DNA of 20,493 nucleotides. Origin: an uncultured Gemmatimonadaceae bacterium (GTDB lineage Bacteria > Gemmatimonadota > Gemmatimonadetes > Gemmatimonadales > Gemmatimonadaceae). The notes beneath the pieces were generated by a model. That model saw nothing but the letters and a program-made list of their open reading frames with translations. It had not been told where the DNA came from and made no database searches. The stretch spans positions 1 to 20,493 of the forward strand of contig CAWGJO010000023.1 of NCBI GenBank assembly GCA_963822945.1. Reading direction: 5' to 3'. Below are positions 1-9,144 of the stretch, one piece after another. Both the position numbers and the translations under genes were made by a program. Numbering within the stretch: the first letter of the stretch is position 1; every line of letters starts with the position of its first letter.

Positions 1-1
1 C

Positions 2-265
2 GACGGGACGCTGCTCATCCACCAGGTGGATGGGCGGACCTACACGATGGCCATCCGTCCCGGCGCCGACCCGCCCGTCGGGCCACTCACCTTGCGTTTC
101 GACGATCCGCGTATGGGGGAAGGCCCGGGCTGGTCCAATTCGATCACTAGCGACGGCGCGGTGGTCTATCCGCTGGTGCCGGATCAGCCCTCTGTCGACT
201 ATCTCCGGGTCATCCCCCACTGGCTCACGCACATGGAGCACGCCGTGGACGAGGCGAACAAATGA
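2..265 (+). CDS. 3' end of a CDS (5'-truncated by the window), probably another kinase/beta-propeller paralog (K0)
   Basis: Frame open from base 2 (DGTLLIHQVDGRTYTMAIRPG...WSNSITSDGAVVYPLV...LRVIPHWLTHMEHAVDEANK*). The tail resembles the downstream kinase C-termini (YDVSxDG...LIVVENWDRAL). Its TGA overlaps the K1 ATG (ATGA at 262-265). Confidence 0.6.
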   Translation, partial: DGTLLIHQVDGRTYTMAIRPGADPPVGPLTLRFDDPRMGEGPGWSNSITSDGAVVYPLVPDQPSVDYLRVIPHWLTHMEHAVDEANK

Positions 266-2934
266 CGAGTACTGCCGACCGCCTGATCGCCGCCCTGGCC
301 GACCGCTACCGCATCGAGCGCGAGCTCGGCGCCGGCGGCATGGCCACCGTGTATCTGGCCGAAGACCTCAAGCACGATCGCAAGGTCGCGATCAAGGTCC
401 TCAAGCCCGAGCTGGCCGCCGTGCTCGGCGCCGAGCGCTTCGTGCAGGAGATCAAGACCACCGCGGCGCTGAGCCATCCGCATATCCTGCCGCTCTTTGA
501 CTCCGGCGTGGCGGATGGGCAGCTCTACTACGTGATGCCCTACATCGAGGGCGAGACGCTGCGCGAGAAGTTGAACCGCGAGACGCAGCTCGGGGTGGAC
601 GAGGCGATCAAGATCACCACCGAGATCGCCGACGCGCTGGACTACGCGCACCGGCACGGCGTGATCCACCGCGACATCAAGCCCGAGAACATTCTGCTGC
701 ACGACGGGCGGCCGATGGTGATGGACTTCGGCATCGCGCTGGCCGTGAGCGCCGCGGCCGGCGGGCGCATGACCGAAACGGGCCTCAGTCTCGGCACGCC
801 CTACTACATGAGTCCCGAGCAGGCGACGGCGGACAAGGACATCACGGCGCGCAGCGATATCTACTCGCTGGCGATCGTCCTCTACGAAATGCTGGCCGGC
901 GAGCCGCCGCACACCGGGAACTCGGCGCAGCAGATCATCATGAAGATCGTCACCGAAGACGCCGCGCCGGTCACCCGCCTGCGGAAGAGTGTGCCGGCGA
1001 ATGTGGCGGCGGCGCTCGGTGAAGCGCTGCAGAAGCTCCCCGCCGACCGCTTCGAGAGCGCCAAGGCCTTTGCCGACGCGCTGGCCGACGTGCACTTCAC
1101 GACCGGCGCGGCCGCGGCGGCGATCGGTGGCGGCCCGCTATCCGTTCGCTCCGCGATGCGCAGTCCGGTGACGGCGGCCCTGGCGGCCGCGCTGGTGATC
1201 GTCGCGGTCCTTGCCGGTGTGGAGTGGCACGCGGCGCATCGTGCGGTGCCCACCCCCGTCGTGCGGTTCCAGTTGCCGTTGCCCTCCACACAACAGGTCG
1301 CAAATACGGCGCCGAGCCGCAACGTGGCCGTATCGCCGGACGGCCAGACCCTCGCGTATACCGTGCCCGATTCCACCGGCGCATCACACCTTTATGTGCG
1401 TCGTCTCGGTGAGGCCGATCCGCGCATGTTGGCCTCCACCGATGGTGCCCAGCAGCCGACCTTCTCGCCGGACGGGCGGTGGGTCGCCTATGCGGTCGGC
1501 ACGGTGGTGTGGAAAGTGCAGGTCTCGGGCGGCGCGCCGGTTCGGCTGGCGGATCCCGGGACGAGCCCCACCGGTTTGACGTGGAGTTCGTCCGGAGAGA
1601 TCGTCGACGCCATCGTGCGCGGCCTGTATGCGATTCCGCAGAGCGGCGGAACGCCACGCCTGATCGCCAAGCCCGATTCGGCAGCCGGTGAGTTGTATTT
1701 CAACCAGCCGTTTGCCCTCCCGGACGGAAAGTCGGCGCTGTTCTCCATTCAGCCGGCGGCGGGGCCGAACCAGACGCATCTGGCCGAGGTGTCGTTGGAG
1801 AGCGGCAAGGTGCAACGGTTCCACTTCGATCTGATGGACGTTTCCGGCTACGTGGACGGTACGCTGGTGTACGTGCTCGCATCGGGTCCGCTCATGGCCG
1901 TACGGTTCGATCTCAAGAGCGGAAAGGCGACCGGCACTCCGGTAGCACTCGGTCCCAGCGTCGTCACGACACTGGCAGGGGCGAGCATGTCGGCCCTGTC
2001 GTCCAACGGCACGCTGGTGTACGAGCCGACCAGCGCCCGGGCCAGGTTGGGGTGGGTCAACATGCACGGCCAGTTCACGCCGTTGCAGTCCAAAGCGCAA
2101 GGGTATGCCTACCCGCGACTCTCGCCCGACGGGAAACGTATCGCGATGTCCATCGGCGCCGACGGCCGCTCCGACATCTGGCTGTATGACATCGCGTCGG
2201 GCACGCCAATTCGGATCACGAACGCCGGGACGCTGAACGACCGCCCGGAGTGGAGTCCCGACGGCAAGCGTGTGCTCTACCGCTCGGATCGCAGCGGACG
2301 CCCGGGCATCTGGTGGGAACCGGCCGATCAGAGCGCACCGTCCACGGCCCTCGAGGCCGGTCCGCAGCACGCCTACTTCGAGGGGGTGATCTCTCCAGAC
2401 GGCAAGTACCTCGTGTATCAGATGGACGACGCCGGCGCCGAACAGGCCGACGTGATGTATCGTGCCCTCGCGGGCGACACGACGTCGCACCCGGTTGCCG
2501 CCACGCGATTCGTCGAGACGCAGGCCCGTGTTTCGCCCGACGGCCATTGGGTGGCCTACGTGACCGATGAGTCGGGAACGTCGCAGGTGCGCGTGAAGCC
2601 ATTCCCCGGTCCGGGTGGCCAGGTCCAGGTGTCGGTGTCCAGCGGCAGTGAGCCCGTGTGGTCTCGCGACGGCACTCGGCTGTTCTACCGCGATGGACGG
2701 CACATGATCGCCGCGTCGGTGCGAACGTCGGGCGGCAGTTTTCTCGTCACCGGGCGTACCGAACTCTTCGACGACGACTACGTCTACGCCGAGGCGCCAC
2801 ACGCCAACTATGACGTATCGCCGGATGGGACGCGTCTGCTGATGGTGCAGAGCGCCGAAAAGCCGGAATACGAAGTCGTCGTCGGATTTGCGACGGAGCT
2901 GCGGGCCAGGATGCGGGCGGCCGCCGGCAACTGA
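262..2934 (+). CDS. Membrane-anchored Ser/Thr protein kinase with TolB/PD40-like beta-propeller ectodomain (K1, 890 aa)
   Basis: Intact Hanks motifs GAGGMATVY, VAIK, HRDIKPEN, DFG and GTPYYMSPEQ. TM segment TAALAAALVIVAVLAGV. Repeated SPDG blade motifs (VSPDGQ, FSPDGRW, LSPDGKR, WSPDGKR, ISPDGKY, VSPDGHW, VSPDGTR). Confidence 0.95.
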   Translation: MTSTADRLIAALADRYRIERELGAGGMATVYLAEDLKHDRKVAIKVLKPELAAVLGAERFVQEIKTTAALSHPHILPLFDSGVADGQLYYVMPYIEGETLREKLNRETQLGVDEAIKITTEIADALDYAHRHGVIHRDIKPENILLHDGRPMVMDFGIALAVSAAAGGRMTETGLSLGTPYYMSPEQATADKDITARSDIYSLAIVLYEMLAGEPPHTGNSAQQIIMKIVTEDAAPVTRLRKSVPANVAAALGEALQKLPADRFESAKAFADALADVHFTTGAAAAAIGGGPLSVRSAMRSPVTAALAAALVIVAVLAGVEWHAAHRAVPTPVVRFQLPLPSTQQVANTAPSRNVAVSPDGQTLAYTVPDSTGASHLYVRRLGEADPRMLASTDGAQQPTFSPDGRWVAYAVGTVVWKVQVSGGAPVRLADPGTSPTGLTWSSSGEIVDAIVRGLYAIPQSGGTPRLIAKPDSAAGELYFNQPFALPDGKSALFSIQPAAGPNQTHLAEVSLESGKVQRFHFDLMDVSGYVDGTLVYVLASGPLMAVRFDLKSGKATGTPVALGPSVVTTLAGASMSALSSNGTLVYEPTSARARLGWVNMHGQFTPLQSKAQGYAYPRLSPDGKRIAMSIGADGRSDIWLYDIASGTPIRITNAGTLNDRPEWSPDGKRVLYRSDRSGRPGIWWEPADQSAPSTALEAGPQHAYFEGVISPDGKYLVYQMDDAGAEQADVMYRALAGDTTSHPVAATRFVETQARVSPDGHWVAYVTDESGTSQVRVKPFPGPGGQVQVSVSSGSEPVWSRDGTRLFYRDGRHMIAASVRTSGGSFLVTGRTELFDDDYVYAEAPHANYDVSPDGTRLLMVQSAEKPEYEVVVGFATELRARMRAAAGN
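289..1100 (+). repeat. Kinase-domain repeat copy, near-identical to ~15475-16290 and more diverged from ~5441-6255, ~10644-11450 and ~18227-19020
   Basis: Long shared DNA stretches, e.g. aaggtcgcgatcaaggtcctcaagccc and tacatcgagggcgagacgctgcgcgagaag, in both K1 and K4. Confidence 0.9.
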
Positions 2935-2936
2935 GG

Positions 2937-2966
2937 TTGTGGCCCACCCACTCGCCGCCATAAGAT
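2937..2966 (+). promoter_or_regulatory. Possible sigma70-type promoter (TTGTGG-N18-TAAGAT) upstream of the MBL remnant and M1 peptidase
   Basis: TTGTGG at 2937-2942 and TAAGAT at 2961-2966 in an intergenic region. A GAGG Shine-Dalgarno at 3023-3026 precedes ATG 3033. Confidence 0.35.
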
Positions 2967-3032
2967 TTCGCCGCCCCCCTGCCGTCCCCCAGCGGCGTTC
3001 GCTCGTTTGATTTTCAACCGCTGAGGCGTTCG

Positions 3033-3370
3033 ATGCGCACCCGATTGGCCGTCTGCACGGCGCTCCTGCTCGCTCCCACGCCGGCGTTCGGCCAGCGGGC
3101 CCGGCGCCGCGCCGCTCTCCCCAACGCCGCCGCCGGCGTGGTGCGGCGGGCGGTGGCCGCCGCCCGCAAGGACTCGCTGCTCGCGAATACCACACGCATT
3201 TCCATACGTCGGGCATCGAGTTGGGCGAGATGGCCGCCAGGGCGCGCCCCAAGCTGCTCGTGCTCACCCATATTCTGTTCATGGGCCAGCCGGCCCAGGA
3301 AATCGTCGACGAAGTCAAATCGCACTTCTCCGGACCGGTGGTGATGGGTGCCGATCTGGCCATGTTCTGA
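3033..3370 (+). pseudogene. Internally deleted, frameshifted remnant of a secreted MBL-fold metallo-hydrolase (RNase Z/AtsA-like)
   Basis: From ATG 3033: signal peptide MRTRLAVCTALLLAPTPAFG-Q, then AGVVRRAVAAARK, which resembles the segment after the D-x-G-x-G motif in this family. A different frame at 3182-3370 gives [62 protein letters not shown], a typical RNase Z-type C-terminus (HT...A..A.PKLLVLTH...DL). The HxHxDH core is absent. Confidence 0.7.
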
Positions 3371-3386
3371 TCGAGGGATGCTCACG

Positions 3387-5363
3387 ATGAAACGCACTGC
3401 CATTTCTGTCTGTCTGGCCGCCGCGTGCATGGCCGGCTTCGGGACCCCTGCGCACGCCCAGTACAACGTCCGCCAGACGTTCGATCCCACCTTCCTCAGC
3501 AATCCGGGGACGATCTATCGCAGCGGCTCCGGCGCGCCCGGCCCGCGCTACTGGCAGAACGAGTCCGACTACCGCATCCACGTCACGCTCGATCCCGCCA
3601 AGCACACCGTCTCGGGCACCGACCAGATCACCTACACCAACAACAGTCCCGACACGCTGCACTACCTCTGGCTGCAGCTCGATCAGAACCTCTACGCCAA
3701 GGACTCGCGCGGCACGATCACGGCGGCGCTCAACAATCCGCGCTACATCACGCCGGGGTTCAGCGGCGGCTACACCATCGCGTCGGTCCAACTCGACGTG
3801 GGCGGGCGATGGCAGAAGGCCGACTACCTGATCACCGACACGCGCATGCAGATTCGGTTGCCGCGCGCGCTGGTGCCCAACGGCAGCAAGGCGCACGTGC
3901 GCATCGCGTACTCGTACGTCGTGCCGCCCTTCCGCCAGCGCACCGGGTGGTACGACACCAAGAACGGTCCCATCTATGCCATCGCCGAGTGGTATCCGCG
4001 CATGGCCGTATACGACGACGTGAAGGGGTGGAACACCCTTCCGTACCTGGGACGCGGGCAGTTCTATCTGGACTATGGCACCATCGACTACGCGATCACG
4101 GTGCCCTGGAACTTCCTGGTCGTGGGGTCGGGCAAGCTCACCAACCCGCGCGACGTGCTCACCGGCACCGAGAACGCGCGCCTCGCGGCGGCGGCGAAGA
4201 GCGACAGCACGGTCACCGTCCGCGGCGCGTCGGAGGTGACGAATCCCGCCACGCGTCCGGTGCGCAGCGGCACGCTCACCTGGCGCTTTCACATGACCAG
4301 CACCCGCGACGTGGCGTGGGCGGCGTCGCCTGCGTTCATCTGGGACGCGGCCGGCATCAACCTGCCGCACCATCAGACCGCGCTCGCCGAGTCGGCGTAT
4401 CCCGTGGAAGTCGCGGGCGATTCGGCCTGGGGAAGTTCCACGCAGTACGTGAAACACACCATCGAGTACGACTCGCAGCAGTGGTACCCGTACCCGTGGC
4501 CGGTGGCGGTGAACGTTGCGGCAGCCGCCGGCGGCATGGAGTACCCGGGCATGGTGTTCTGCGGTTGGACGGCCAAGGGCCGCTCGTTGTGGAGCGTGAC
4601 CACGCACGAGATCGGGCATAGCTGGTTCCCGATGATCGTCGGCTCCGACGAGCGCCAGTACGGCTTCATGGACGAGGGGTTCAACTCGTTCATCGACATC
4701 TACTCCACGCTGGCCTACGACCATGGCCGCTACGCGCCGTACAGCGCCATGGAAGACTCCATGCCGCTGCTCGCCCGCGCGATGAAGGGCACCGGACAGC
4801 CGAACCCGATCATCACCTACGCCGACAACATCAAGCGCGACTACCTGGGCTTCAACAACTACGTGAAGCCCGCGGCCGCGCTCTACCTGCTGCGCGAAGA
4901 CGTGCTCGGCCACCGGCGGTTCGACGAGGCGTTCCGCGCCTACATACAGCGCTGGGCCTACAAGCATCCCACGCCGAAGGACTTCTTCCGCACCATGAAC
5001 GACATTTCCGGTGAGGACCTCGACTGGTTCTGGAAGGAATGGTTCTACGAGCCCTGGACGCTCGACCAGGCCGCAACGGGCGTGTCGTACGTGGAGGGGA
5101 ATCCGGCCAAGGGCGCCGTCATCACGATCGCCAACAACGACCACATGGTCATGCCGGCCACCGTTCGTGTGGTGGAGCGGGGCGGGCAGAGCGGGACCGT
5201 CCACCTGCCCGTGGAGATCTGGCAGCAGGGCGGGAAGTTCTCGTTCCGCTACGATTCGCACGCCGCCATCGACTCGGTGATCGTGGACCCCGGCGACCGC
5301 ATGCCGGACGTGGACCGGGCGAACAACGTCTGGACCGCGTCAGGATCGGGCGGAGGGCGCTGA
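3387..5363 (+). CDS. Secreted M1-family zinc metalloaminopeptidase
   Basis: Signal peptide [30 protein letters not shown] (GAMEN-like) motif and HEIGH-x18-E (MDEG) gluzincin motif. YWQN N-terminal and [23 protein letters not shown]-terminal family motifs. GAGGG at 3373-3377 supports ATG 3387 (3378 is an alternative start). Confidence 0.93.
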   Translation: MKRTAISVCLAAACMAGFGTPAHAQYNVRQTFDPTFLSNPGTIYRSGSGAPGPRYWQNESDYRIHVTLDPAKHTVSGTDQITYTNNSPDTLHYLWLQLDQNLYAKDSRGTITAALNNPRYITPGFSGGYTIASVQLDVGGRWQKADYLITDTRMQIRLPRALVPNGSKAHVRIAYSYVVPPFRQRTGWYDTKNGPIYAIAEWYPRMAVYDDVKGWNTLPYLGRGQFYLDYGTIDYAITVPWNFLVVGSGKLTNPRDVLTGTENARLAAAAKSDSTVTVRGASEVTNPATRPVRSGTLTWRFHMTSTRDVAWAASPAFIWDAAGINLPHHQTALAESAYPVEVAGDSAWGSSTQYVKHTIEYDSQQWYPYPWPVAVNVAAAAGGMEYPGMVFCGWTAKGRSLWSVTTHEIGHSWFPMIVGSDERQYGFMDEGFNSFIDIYSTLAYDHGRYAPYSAMEDSMPLLARAMKGTGQPNPIITYADNIKRDYLGFNNYVKPAAALYLLREDVLGHRRFDEAFRAYIQRWAYKHPTPKDFFRTMNDISGEDLDWFWKEWFYEPWTLDQAATGVSYVEGNPAKGAVITIANNDHMVMPATVRVVERGGQSGTVHLPVEIWQQGGKFSFRYDSHAAIDSVIVDPGDRMPDVDRANNVWTASGSGGGR

Positions 5364-5401
5364 ACGCCCGAATTTCCGATGGCATTCCGTGGCCGTAGCC
5401 T

Positions 5402-5416
5402 GCATCTTTGCGCATG
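5402..5416 (+). promoter_or_regulatory. Conserved upstream element GCATCTTTGCGC-ATG; possible -10 box of a leaderless kinase transcript
   Basis: Nearly the same sequence lies before K4 (GCATCTTTGTCGC-ATG, 15435-15450), and CATCTT lies before K5 (18187-18192). None of the three has a Shine-Dalgarno. Confidence 0.4.
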
Positions 5417-8098
5417 GCAGACGCCCTCTCCCGCCTGAGCGCCGCCCTTTCCGACCGCTACCGCCTGGAGCGCGAGCTCGGGCAGGGCGGCATGGCCACC
5501 GTCTATCTCGCCGAGGACCTGAAGCACGATCGCAAGGTCGCGATCAAGGTCCTCAAGCCCGAGCTCGCCGCCGTCTTGGGCGCCGAGCGCTTCGTCAGCG
5601 AGATCAAGACCACGGCCGCGCTGCAACATCCGAACATCCTGCCGCTCTTCGATTCGGGCGAGGCCGACGGCTTCCTGTTCTACGTGATGCCGTACGTGGA
5701 GGGCGAGACGCTCCGCACGAAGCTCGACCGCGAGGCGCAGCTTGGCATCGACGCGTCGGTGAAGCTGGTGAGCGAGATCGCCGACGCACTGGACTACGCG
5801 CACCGGCACGGCGTGGTCCACCGCGACATCAAGCCTGAGAACATTCTCATCCACGACGGGCGCCCGATGGTCGCCGACTTCGGCATCGCGCTCGCCGTGA
5901 GCGCCGCCGCCGGCGGGCGGATGACGGAGACCGGGCTGAGTCTCGGCACGCCGCACTATATGAGTCCCGAGCAGGCGACCGCCGAAAAAGCGATCACGGG
6001 GCGGTCGGACATCTACTCGCTGGCCAGCGTCTTGTACGAGATGCTCACCGGCGATCCGCCGCACACGGGCAAGACGGCGCAGCAGGTGATTGCGAAGATC
6101 ATCGCCGAGGACGCGCCGCCGGTGACCAACGGCCGCAAGGCCGTACCGGCGAACGTGGCGGCCGCGCTCTCCAAAGCGCTGCAGAAACTCCCGGCCGACC
6201 GGTTCGACTCAGCGAGAGCATTCGCCGACGCATTGGCGGATCCGCACTTCTCCACGGCGGGTGGCACGACGATCGGCGTCGGTGCGTCGCCCGCTCGCCA
6301 ACGCGGACTCGTCGTTGGGCTGAGCCTGTTTGGCGCGGCCATGACGGCGGTGGCGGCGTGGGCACTGCTGCGCCCGCAGCCCCAGCCTCCGGTGTCGCGC
6401 TACGCGCTTTCACTCCCGTCCGACCAGACCCCGGCCTGGGACGGGTTCGTCGTCGGCACGTCAGACGGTTCGCGTCTCGTCTATCAAGGACCGGCGCTGG
6501 CGGGCCAGCGCGGCCAACTCTGGGTGAAGCAGCGCGATCGGGTGGATGCCGTGCCGCTGGCCGGCACCGACGGAGCCACGGCGGCGGCGATCTCGCCCGA
6601 CGATCAGTGGCTCGCGTTCGTCCGCGGCTCGGACCTGCTCAAGATGCCGCTGGCCGGCGGACCGAGTACGGCGCTGGCGCACGATGCCGGCAATGTCGGT
6701 GGCGCGGTCACCTGGCTCGACGACGGATCCATCGTGTACGTCGCCGCCGATTCGGTCCGGGCCCACGTGCTCGAACGCATCGCGTCCGAGGGTGGAGCGC
6801 CTCTGCGTATCTGGCGCTCTCCCACGCTCATTCCTCGTATGCTCACTCCGCTTCCACGTGCGAGGGGTGTGTTGTTCGAGGGATGCAATGGGCTGTGCAT
6901 GACGGTCGGACTCTACGCCCTGAACCTGCGGACAGACTCGGTATCCGAGGTTCGCCCGGGGGTGCATGCCGGCTACGTGGTTGGCGGCAACCGCCTCGTC
7001 TTCATCGATGCCGACCAGACCGCGATGGTCGCCCCGTTCGACATGAGCTCGCTCCGCATCTCCGGAACCGCGAAGCCGGTGGCCGACACGGTCTCCATGG
7101 GCCTGGGCCTCTCGCCCTACTTCTGGGTCGCACCCGACGGCGGGACCCTGGCGCTGCAGCGTGGCCAGTTGGCCGACCGCAATGGGCTCTACCAGTTCGT
7201 CTGGACGGATTCATTGGGCCGGATTGCGACGGTGGACACGAGCACGCGGTTTGCGGTGGCGCAGCGCGGCGCGGATTTCGGCTGGCGCCTCTCGCCCAAC
7301 GGGCGGCAGGTCGTGGTCGGCGTGCATAACGGTTCCGGCGATCGGATCTGGGTGAAGGCGCTGCCCCAGGGCGCCATGTGGAGGGTCACGGACCGCGAGT
7401 CCTGGCGCCCGCGCTGGCGCCCGGATGGCGCGCATGTCACGTTCGTCGGCGACAGCGGGATCTACATGGCCCGCGCGGACGGGACGGGCCGCGACTCGCT
7501 GATCTGGCCCGGGCAGTTCGACGAGGGCGTCGTCTCGCCCGATGGACGCTGGCTGCTGGTGCGCAATGGCGCCACCGGGCCGAACGCCGGCGGCCGCGTC
7601 ATTTCCGGGGCGCGGCTGGGCGTCGATACCGTGCTGCGTCCCATCGTCGCCACCTCCAGCGACGCGATGGCCATCGAGCTTTCACCAGATGGCCGCTGGC
7701 TCGCCTACGAGTCGAACGAGACCGGCCGCGTGGAGATCTATGTGCGCCCCTTCCCGGTCACGCCCGCCGGCGGGCGCCGTCAGGTATCGGCGCGCGGCGG
7801 AACCGGGCCGCTCTGGTCGCCCAACGGGCGCACGCTCTACTACCTGCGCAGTGATGGCGAGATGATGGCCGTGCCATGGCCGCCCGCGCACGGCGTGCCG
7901 GAAGCGCGCGAACTCTTCCATCTGAGTTCCGCGCTCACGAACACCTGGATCAACGCCAACTACTACACGCCCTGGGACGTGGACGCCCGCGGACGCTTCC
8001 TCATGGTCCGCGAGGTGGGCAGCGGCGGCAGCCAGAGCACGCCCCTGATCGTGGTGGAGAACTGGGACCGGGCGCTGCGGAGCGTGATGGGGAAATGA
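5414..8098 (+). CDS. Membrane-anchored Ser/Thr protein kinase with beta-propeller ectodomain (K2, 894 aa)
   Basis: Start MADALSRLSAALSDRY matches the paralogs. Motifs GQGGMATVY, HRDIKPEN, DFG, GTPHYMSPEQ. TM GLVVGLSLFGAAMTAVAAWALL. SPDG/SPNG repeats. Confidence 0.95.
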   Translation: MADALSRLSAALSDRYRLERELGQGGMATVYLAEDLKHDRKVAIKVLKPELAAVLGAERFVSEIKTTAALQHPNILPLFDSGEADGFLFYVMPYVEGETLRTKLDREAQLGIDASVKLVSEIADALDYAHRHGVVHRDIKPENILIHDGRPMVADFGIALAVSAAAGGRMTETGLSLGTPHYMSPEQATAEKAITGRSDIYSLASVLYEMLTGDPPHTGKTAQQVIAKIIAEDAPPVTNGRKAVPANVAAALSKALQKLPADRFDSARAFADALADPHFSTAGGTTIGVGASPARQRGLVVGLSLFGAAMTAVAAWALLRPQPQPPVSRYALSLPSDQTPAWDGFVVGTSDGSRLVYQGPALAGQRGQLWVKQRDRVDAVPLAGTDGATAAAISPDDQWLAFVRGSDLLKMPLAGGPSTALAHDAGNVGGAVTWLDDGSIVYVAADSVRAHVLERIASEGGAPLRIWRSPTLIPRMLTPLPRARGVLFEGCNGLCMTVGLYALNLRTDSVSEVRPGVHAGYVVGGNRLVFIDADQTAMVAPFDMSSLRISGTAKPVADTVSMGLGLSPYFWVAPDGGTLALQRGQLADRNGLYQFVWTDSLGRIATVDTSTRFAVAQRGADFGWRLSPNGRQVVVGVHNGSGDRIWVKALPQGAMWRVTDRESWRPRWRPDGAHVTFVGDSGIYMARADGTGRDSLIWPGQFDEGVVSPDGRWLLVRNGATGPNAGGRVISGARLGVDTVLRPIVATSSDAMAIELSPDGRWLAYESNETGRVEIYVRPFPVTPAGGRRQVSARGGTGPLWSPNGRTLYYLRSDGEMMAVPWPPAHGVPEARELFHLSSALTNTWINANYYTPWDVDARGRFLMVREVGSGGSQSTPLIVVENWDRALRSVMGK

Positions 8099-8913
8099 AC
8101 GCAGTCCGCTCGTTGCATTCCGGAGTCTGGCCTCCGTCGGTGCGCCGCCCTGTTCGTCGCCACCGCACTTCTCGCCCTCCCGCGCCTCGCCAGCGCCCAG
8201 TCCGTGCTCAACACCGAGCGCGTGGATCCGCTCGAGGTCTCCGGGCTGTTCGCGAGCGTCGCCGCGGGCACCACGCTCCAGGGCGGCAACGCCGACGTCG
8301 TGAAGCTCAAGGGAAACGGCGCCACGGGATACCGCGCTACGCACTCGTGGATCCTGCTCGTGGGCGGGCTCTCGTACCTGTCGAGCTCGAACAAGGTGTC
8401 CACCGACGACCGGTACCTGCAGATACGCTACGGCCGCTTCCTGTCGCCGCGCACCCGCACCTTCCACTTCGTGCAGATCCAGAACAGCCGAGAGCAGGCG
8501 TTGTCGCACCGGCTGCTGCTCGGCAACGGCGTGCGCCACAGCTTCGTGCGCAACGCGAGCAGCCGGCTCGACCTCGGCGCCGGCGTCATGTGGGAATCCG
8601 AGCGCCTGGACGCCGCGCTCCTGCCGGCCGGCACGCCCACCACTTCCCACGACTGGCGTGGCGACTTCATCGCCTTCGCCATGCACCGGATCTCCGCCAC
8701 CAGCCGGCTCACCAACATGCTCTACCTGGAGCCGCGCTGTGGACATCCCGGCGGACGTCCGCCTGCTCGACGAACTCCACCTGCTCGTGACCATCGGTGC
8801 CGGCTTCGATCTCGACGTGGGGCTTCCAGTGGCTCCACGACAGCCGGCCGCCCGGCACGGTGCGGCCGAACGACGTCGAACTCGACACCGCTCTCTCGCT
8901 CACGGTGAAGTAG
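8095..8913 (+). CDS. DUF481-like outer-membrane beta-barrel protein with three apparent +1 frameshifts (sequence error or pseudogene)
   Basis: ATG 8095 overlaps the K2 stop. The next frame gives signal peptide RRCAALFVATALLALPRLASA-QSVLNTER and amphipathic strands (LQGGNAD, RLLLGNGVRH, LDLGAGVMWESE, TNMLYLEPR). A shift at ~8738 gives VDIPADVRLLDELHLLVTIGAGFDLDV. A shift at ~8820 gives GFQWLHDSRPPGTVRPNDVELDTALSLTVK* (TAG 8911-8913). The DSRPP..V...D tail is typical of DUF481. Confidence 0.7.
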
Positions 8914-8925
8914 GCGCCGCGGCGC

Positions 8926-8942
8926 GGCGGGCGATGCCCGCC
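8926..8942 (+). terminator. GC-rich hairpin after the DUF481 stop, possible terminator
   Basis: GGCGGGC-GAT-GCCCGCC, a perfect 7-bp stem 12 nt after the TAG. Only a weak U-tract follows. Confidence 0.3.
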
Positions 8943-9144
8943 CGTGTTCGTCACTTCCTCACCGAGCGCTCCGGGCCGGGTCCACGACCTCGGGGAGATG
9001 TTCGGACTGGCGGGGGCCGGTGTTTGTACCAATCTTGGGGCGCCAATGCTCAATTCCCAGAAGCATCCCGAGTAGCGCCGCCGGAATTGCGGCCGCACCG
9101 GACGGGTCGGACACCCCGACCATTCACCGATAGAGGAATCGCAC

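Noticed and set aside
199..1095. Recurring similar antisense ORFs (199-1095, 5249-6064, 10428-11162)
   Set aside because: Their similarity only mirrors the conserved kinase domains on the opposite strand.
1300..2830. Recurrent tcgcccgacgg-like motifs as CRISPR or other DNA repeats
   Set aside because: They are irregularly spaced codons for SPDG propeller blades inside CDSs.
3033..3344. 103-aa ORF as a standalone small secreted protein
   Set aside because: After residue ~50 it reads out of frame; the alternative frame encodes the MBL-hydrolase C-terminus.
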